Position numbers and translations under genes: made by a program. Of a DNA stretch of 64,000 nucleotides, positions 59,854 through 64,000 are shown one piece after another (within the stretch, counting starts at the first letter, position 1; each line of letters begins with the position of its first letter). The notes beneath the pieces are model-generated. The model did not search any database and had not been told where the DNA came from. It saw only the letters and a list, made by a program, of their open reading frames with translations. The DNA comes from Blastocystis sp. Blastoise (taxonomy: Eukaryota; Protista; Bigyra: Opalinata): assembly GCA_039096225.1 (NCBI GenBank), contig JBBPEB010000006.1:186001-250000 (forward strand). Direction: 5' to 3'.

Positions 59854-60653
59854 ATCATAAATATACAATTTCACTGTTTTTTTAAACCAAAAATATCAAT
59901 GAAAATCTTTAAAAAAGTAGGTAAAAAAACAAAATTTCTATTTGGATAATGTGTTCCAGGAGGTCGAGCTCTTCTGTTTGATTTAATTGGTATGTTTTTA
60001 AGACTATCAAATCATATATAATTTATTTTAATTTTCAATATTTAGTATGTATATCATCTTATTGTTCAATATGCCTTTATTTCCTTGTATGAATCACTTT
60101 TCATTATCATATGTAACGGTTTATATATTTGTTCTAGTGTGAATCATTATCGAATTATTTGTTTTTCATATTTTTTTTTAATATTGTCATTCACAAAATA
60201 TATTAATAATCAAATATCTATGTTAAGGAATACAAAAAATGTTTTTTCATTATACAAATCATCGATGAATTAGTATAATTGCCTTAAAGTATCATTATTA
60301 ACAGCGATATTTATCCTCATCATAATATATATTCTTCCAATATATTTTTTTTAGATGTGATATAATTAGATTTCTAGAAAACAAACTACTAATTCTTTGA
60401 AAAAAAATACAAAAAAAACCAGCAACAAATACTTTATAGTGATCTATCATATATTTCATTCTTGTTGCATTAAATAATGATAAAATAAAGAAGAACAACA
60501 ACAAGATATAAACACTAATAACCATAGAAGTAAGATAAATGTAGTAGAACTACAATTTGAGTACACTAGAGAAAATAATAAGAGAAACAAACATAAATAA
60601 TGACAAAAAATAATGATATTTAAAAAGGGATTATGTTGAATAAGCAATCAAAA

Positions 60654-61200
60654 TTATTCTCTAAGTAACATATATTGTCGTTTGCGATCTGTTCTACGTT
60701 TAAATACACAATATGTGAAAATAACAGAAGATATGAATGTCGAAACCTAAAGAACAAACAGTATATAGATTCAATTGATAATAATAAACATATATAATAA
60801 TAAAAATATGGAATATCATATAAAAAAAAAATACAAGCATAGAAAGAATAGTGAATGAATGGAAATCATCTTCTTCAGGATGGCAAGAAAAATACTATAG
60901 ATCAAACAAAAAAATAAATAAGAATCTTGAATCTGACATATACTTTTTGTATGTTTACAGATGAAGAATCGTCACTATCTAAACTTCTATATAAATAGAT
61001 ATTATATTTAGTAATACTGAATATACATACTCTTTGCAATTATATAATTTCTTCCATCCAGTTTCTTTGCAAAAATCATATTCAATTTGATTCTCAGGAC
61101 ACTTCTCACAACTTTGAATTCCAATACAGTTTTTATGAACAGTATCTGCTGCACATAATCCGCATAGTGCTATCAATAATAAAATATAAAAACTATTCAT
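60654..61200 (-). CDS. Small single-pass membrane protein, JTB-like (multi-exon)
   Basis: Signal peptide, C..CEKC...CKETG...C...SC cysteine pattern, TM segment, basic tail ending LLRE*. Confidence 0.65.
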
Positions 61201-61382
61201 AAACAGAATGTATATCAAGAATAATAATAGATGTTATATTTTTTTTTATCTGAAAAACAGAAAAGTTATCTCTGAAAAAACCGCCAGAATTGGCATTTTC
61301 CCGTGATTGTGTTCGAGAAACTGAATTAGCTAGATTCAGAAAAAGTATATGAATTCTATACAAGAAGTGAAAGAGTAAGATC

Positions 61383-63028
61383 ATGTTTATATATATAATT
61401 CAGACTCTATTCAACAAGACTATTCCTATATTTCAATTTCTTGAAAATTATAAATTTTGGGGTGGAATATCACTTGTTACCTTTATTTCAAGTTTATTGA
61501 CCTGCTCCTATGTGAAAAAGAACATCAAAATTCCAAAAATGTCTTGGCTTGAAATGCTTCTTCTTTGTTTTGTTCATCAATATGGTATATATATTAGTTT
61601 TCATTTATTATTATATTAAATTGTTTACTGATATTTTTGTTTTATTATTTTCTATATGTTTTCTTTGTTTTGTTTAGGTGGGAGTATGTTGTCTTCTCTT
61701 GTCTTAGGTAATCCTATTCATGTTCTTAAGCATGATATACTTATTTTAACATTTATTTTTGCATGGTATAGTTAATTATTTAATATATTTATATTCGAAT
61801 AATATAGGTTTTTATGTTTTATATTTCCCTTCGATATTATGTATAGATTTCTTGTTGTAAAAATTATTCGTGTATGTAGATGTTTTATTTATTTATTAAT
61901 TTATTTATTTTTATTAATTAATTAATTTATTTATTAATTAATTAATTTATTTATTTATTTATTTATTTATTTAGTCTTTTTATCTATATATTTATTTAAT
62001 CTTTTTTTTATATACTACAAATAATCACATTTTCTTAATGTATATACTATAGAAATCATTACGTGTATTAGAGTTTGTTTATATGTCGAAATATATGTGT
62101 GACCATGCAATGGATATTGTTATTGATTCATCAAATCATGATTCTGGTTATTTTATGATTCTTACTGTGGGTACTTTAGCGGGTATAATTATATTTGTTA
62201 TAGAATTATATTTATTATAGACTTATGTTTATTATATAATAATATATGTTATTTATTTATTTATTTATTTTATAATAATATATAATAATAATAATAATAA
62301 TAAGTATAATAAGTATAATAATAAGTATAATAATAATATATTACAATAGGATGTGGAGGTTCACTTCTTGTTGAACAATTTCAATTATTAAGAGATAAGA
62401 ATCATATAGATCTTAGTTATAGAGGACTCTCTCATCCTTCCTTGTATATATATATATACATATATTCATCTATATATATATTTATATAATAATATGAACT
62501 CTATATATATATATATATAGTGTAATGCGACGTTCCTTCTTTGGTTCCTTTCTTTATATGTGTTTACGTAATCCATTCAATTTATCCATATTACAAAATA
62601 ATCTCTCTCATGTATATCTTTTTTTTTTATTTCTATTCATATATATAATAATATATAATAATATATAATAATATATAATAATATATAATAATATATAATA
62701 ATATATAATATAATAATTTTAATTTTTCTATAGGAAGAATGCAAATATATACTTTTCTTATTCTTTACATTCACCTATATACTATACATCTATCATTTTG
62801 TATATATATCTATTATATATTAAATATATATATATATATATATCTACACAAAAAATATACTTCTCTATATAGGATGTATTTAATATAATTTCATGGGTAT
62901 TTCACAAGGTCACCTTTATTCCCACGGATATTACTACTTGGGTATTCCGTTGGTCTACACTTCCTCAAGAACAAGCAGAAGATAGTGGATATATTAGTGA
63001 AGAAATGGAAAATAAAAAAGAAGACTAA
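61383..63028 (+). CDS. TMEM38/TRIC-like trimeric intracellular cation channel (multi-exon)
   Basis: YG|GSMLSSLVLGNP, W|FLCFIFPFDIMY and GTLAG|CGGSLL match the TRIC pattern; stop TAA at 63026-63028. Confidence 0.7.
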
Positions 63029-64000
63029 ATATTATTATTCTAATATTTATATTATATAGTTAATATATATTATTATTAATCAAAAATCATTACTCTATAT
63101 AGTTTTTTTATTAGTAAAATTTATAGGAATAGGAGACCTTTTTAAAAAGATAATTCAATTCTTAAAACAGAACTGTTTTTCATATTAGCAAGCTTTTTTT
63201 AAACATATTTATCACCTTTTAGCCTTTTATTTATTCTAATAAATTGTTTTACAAAAAGAATGCAACTATTTTATTATTTTTTCGTTAATAATGTTCATTT
63301 CAACTGATCCTCATATTCTACTATTGATAAATTGTCACTTCAGTTTTAAAAAAATTATCCTATTATTTATTAATTATCATTTCAATACTTTTTTACCTTT
63401 ATTATGAACAATAATACTTTTTCTTAAAATCATTGCAACAAAAATACTCCTAGGATTTCTCATACACTCCACTTGTTTCAGCCATTATTTTAAGCAATGT
63501 TGTTACTTCTAATTAGCATATTTCTATAATTACGATGACTCATGAACTTCTTAAAACTATCCAAAGTGTCAAATAATGTAACAAATACCCAACCTTTCAA
63601 AAAAAGAAGCAAAAAATAAGGAAATGAAATAATGGCAATAACTAAAAAGAGAATAATACTTAAAAAAAATAGAAAAGTATCTCCTTTTATTAACGGTTAC
63701 ATCTGTGTGTCAGAAACGTTTTCCAGTGAAAACATTGAAAATACACTTCAACTATATAAAGTTCCCAGAGTTCTAATGTTTTTTAGAAGATTTCCCCTAT
63801 TATTTGTGGAATAAAAATGGATATTTCTTTAGAGGAATACAGCGACTTCCAGAAAAGGGCTAAAAAGGCGAGGAGTTGTCAGCTTTGATGAAAGTCGACT
63901 TGTCATTTTGACGAAAAACATGGAAATGGAGGACGATATATGCGTATTTTTAAATTTTCATATACCTGAACTACTAGAAGAAACCAATAAAGATTAATGA

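Noticed and set aside
63632-64000. Possible gene start at the window end
   Set aside because: Too little sequence and no recognisable motif.

Overview
Very AT-rich eukaryotic (protist) DNA with TATA/ATT-rich GT-AG introns. An Ig/discoidin-repeat surface protein suggests a Blastocystis-like host (inference only). Host genes: 3' part of a large USP deubiquitinase, a PP1 catalytic subunit, a ~4,690-aa Asn-rich protein (one frameshift), a type I surface protein, a JTB-like protein and a TMEM38/TRIC-like channel, plus a 1.44-kb non-autonomous hAT-type element with an 8-bp TSD. The main feature is an apparently intact 25.4-kb endogenous Polinton-like virus (9197-34575) with 357/358-bp terminal inverted repeats. 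It encodes two tyrosine recombinases, an A32-like packaging ATPase, two major-capsid paralogues, two penton-like proteins, basic core-like proteins, a cysteine protease, a Dam-family methylase, an SSB and a primase-SF3 helicase. I see no pPolB and no retroviral integrase. Unusual features read from the sequence: (1) the protease frame joins the upstream core-like ORF through an A_AAA_AAC heptamer, 7-nt spacer and long stem-loop, predicting a gag-pro-like -1 ribosomal frameshift; (2) each end is a ~128-nt bulged hairpin; (3) two element genes carry spliceosomal introns; (4) a Pol III-like small structured RNA lies beside the right TIR; (5) a ~52-bp repeat array lies between the divergent replication genes. 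Family calls come from motif recognition by eye, not from database searches.
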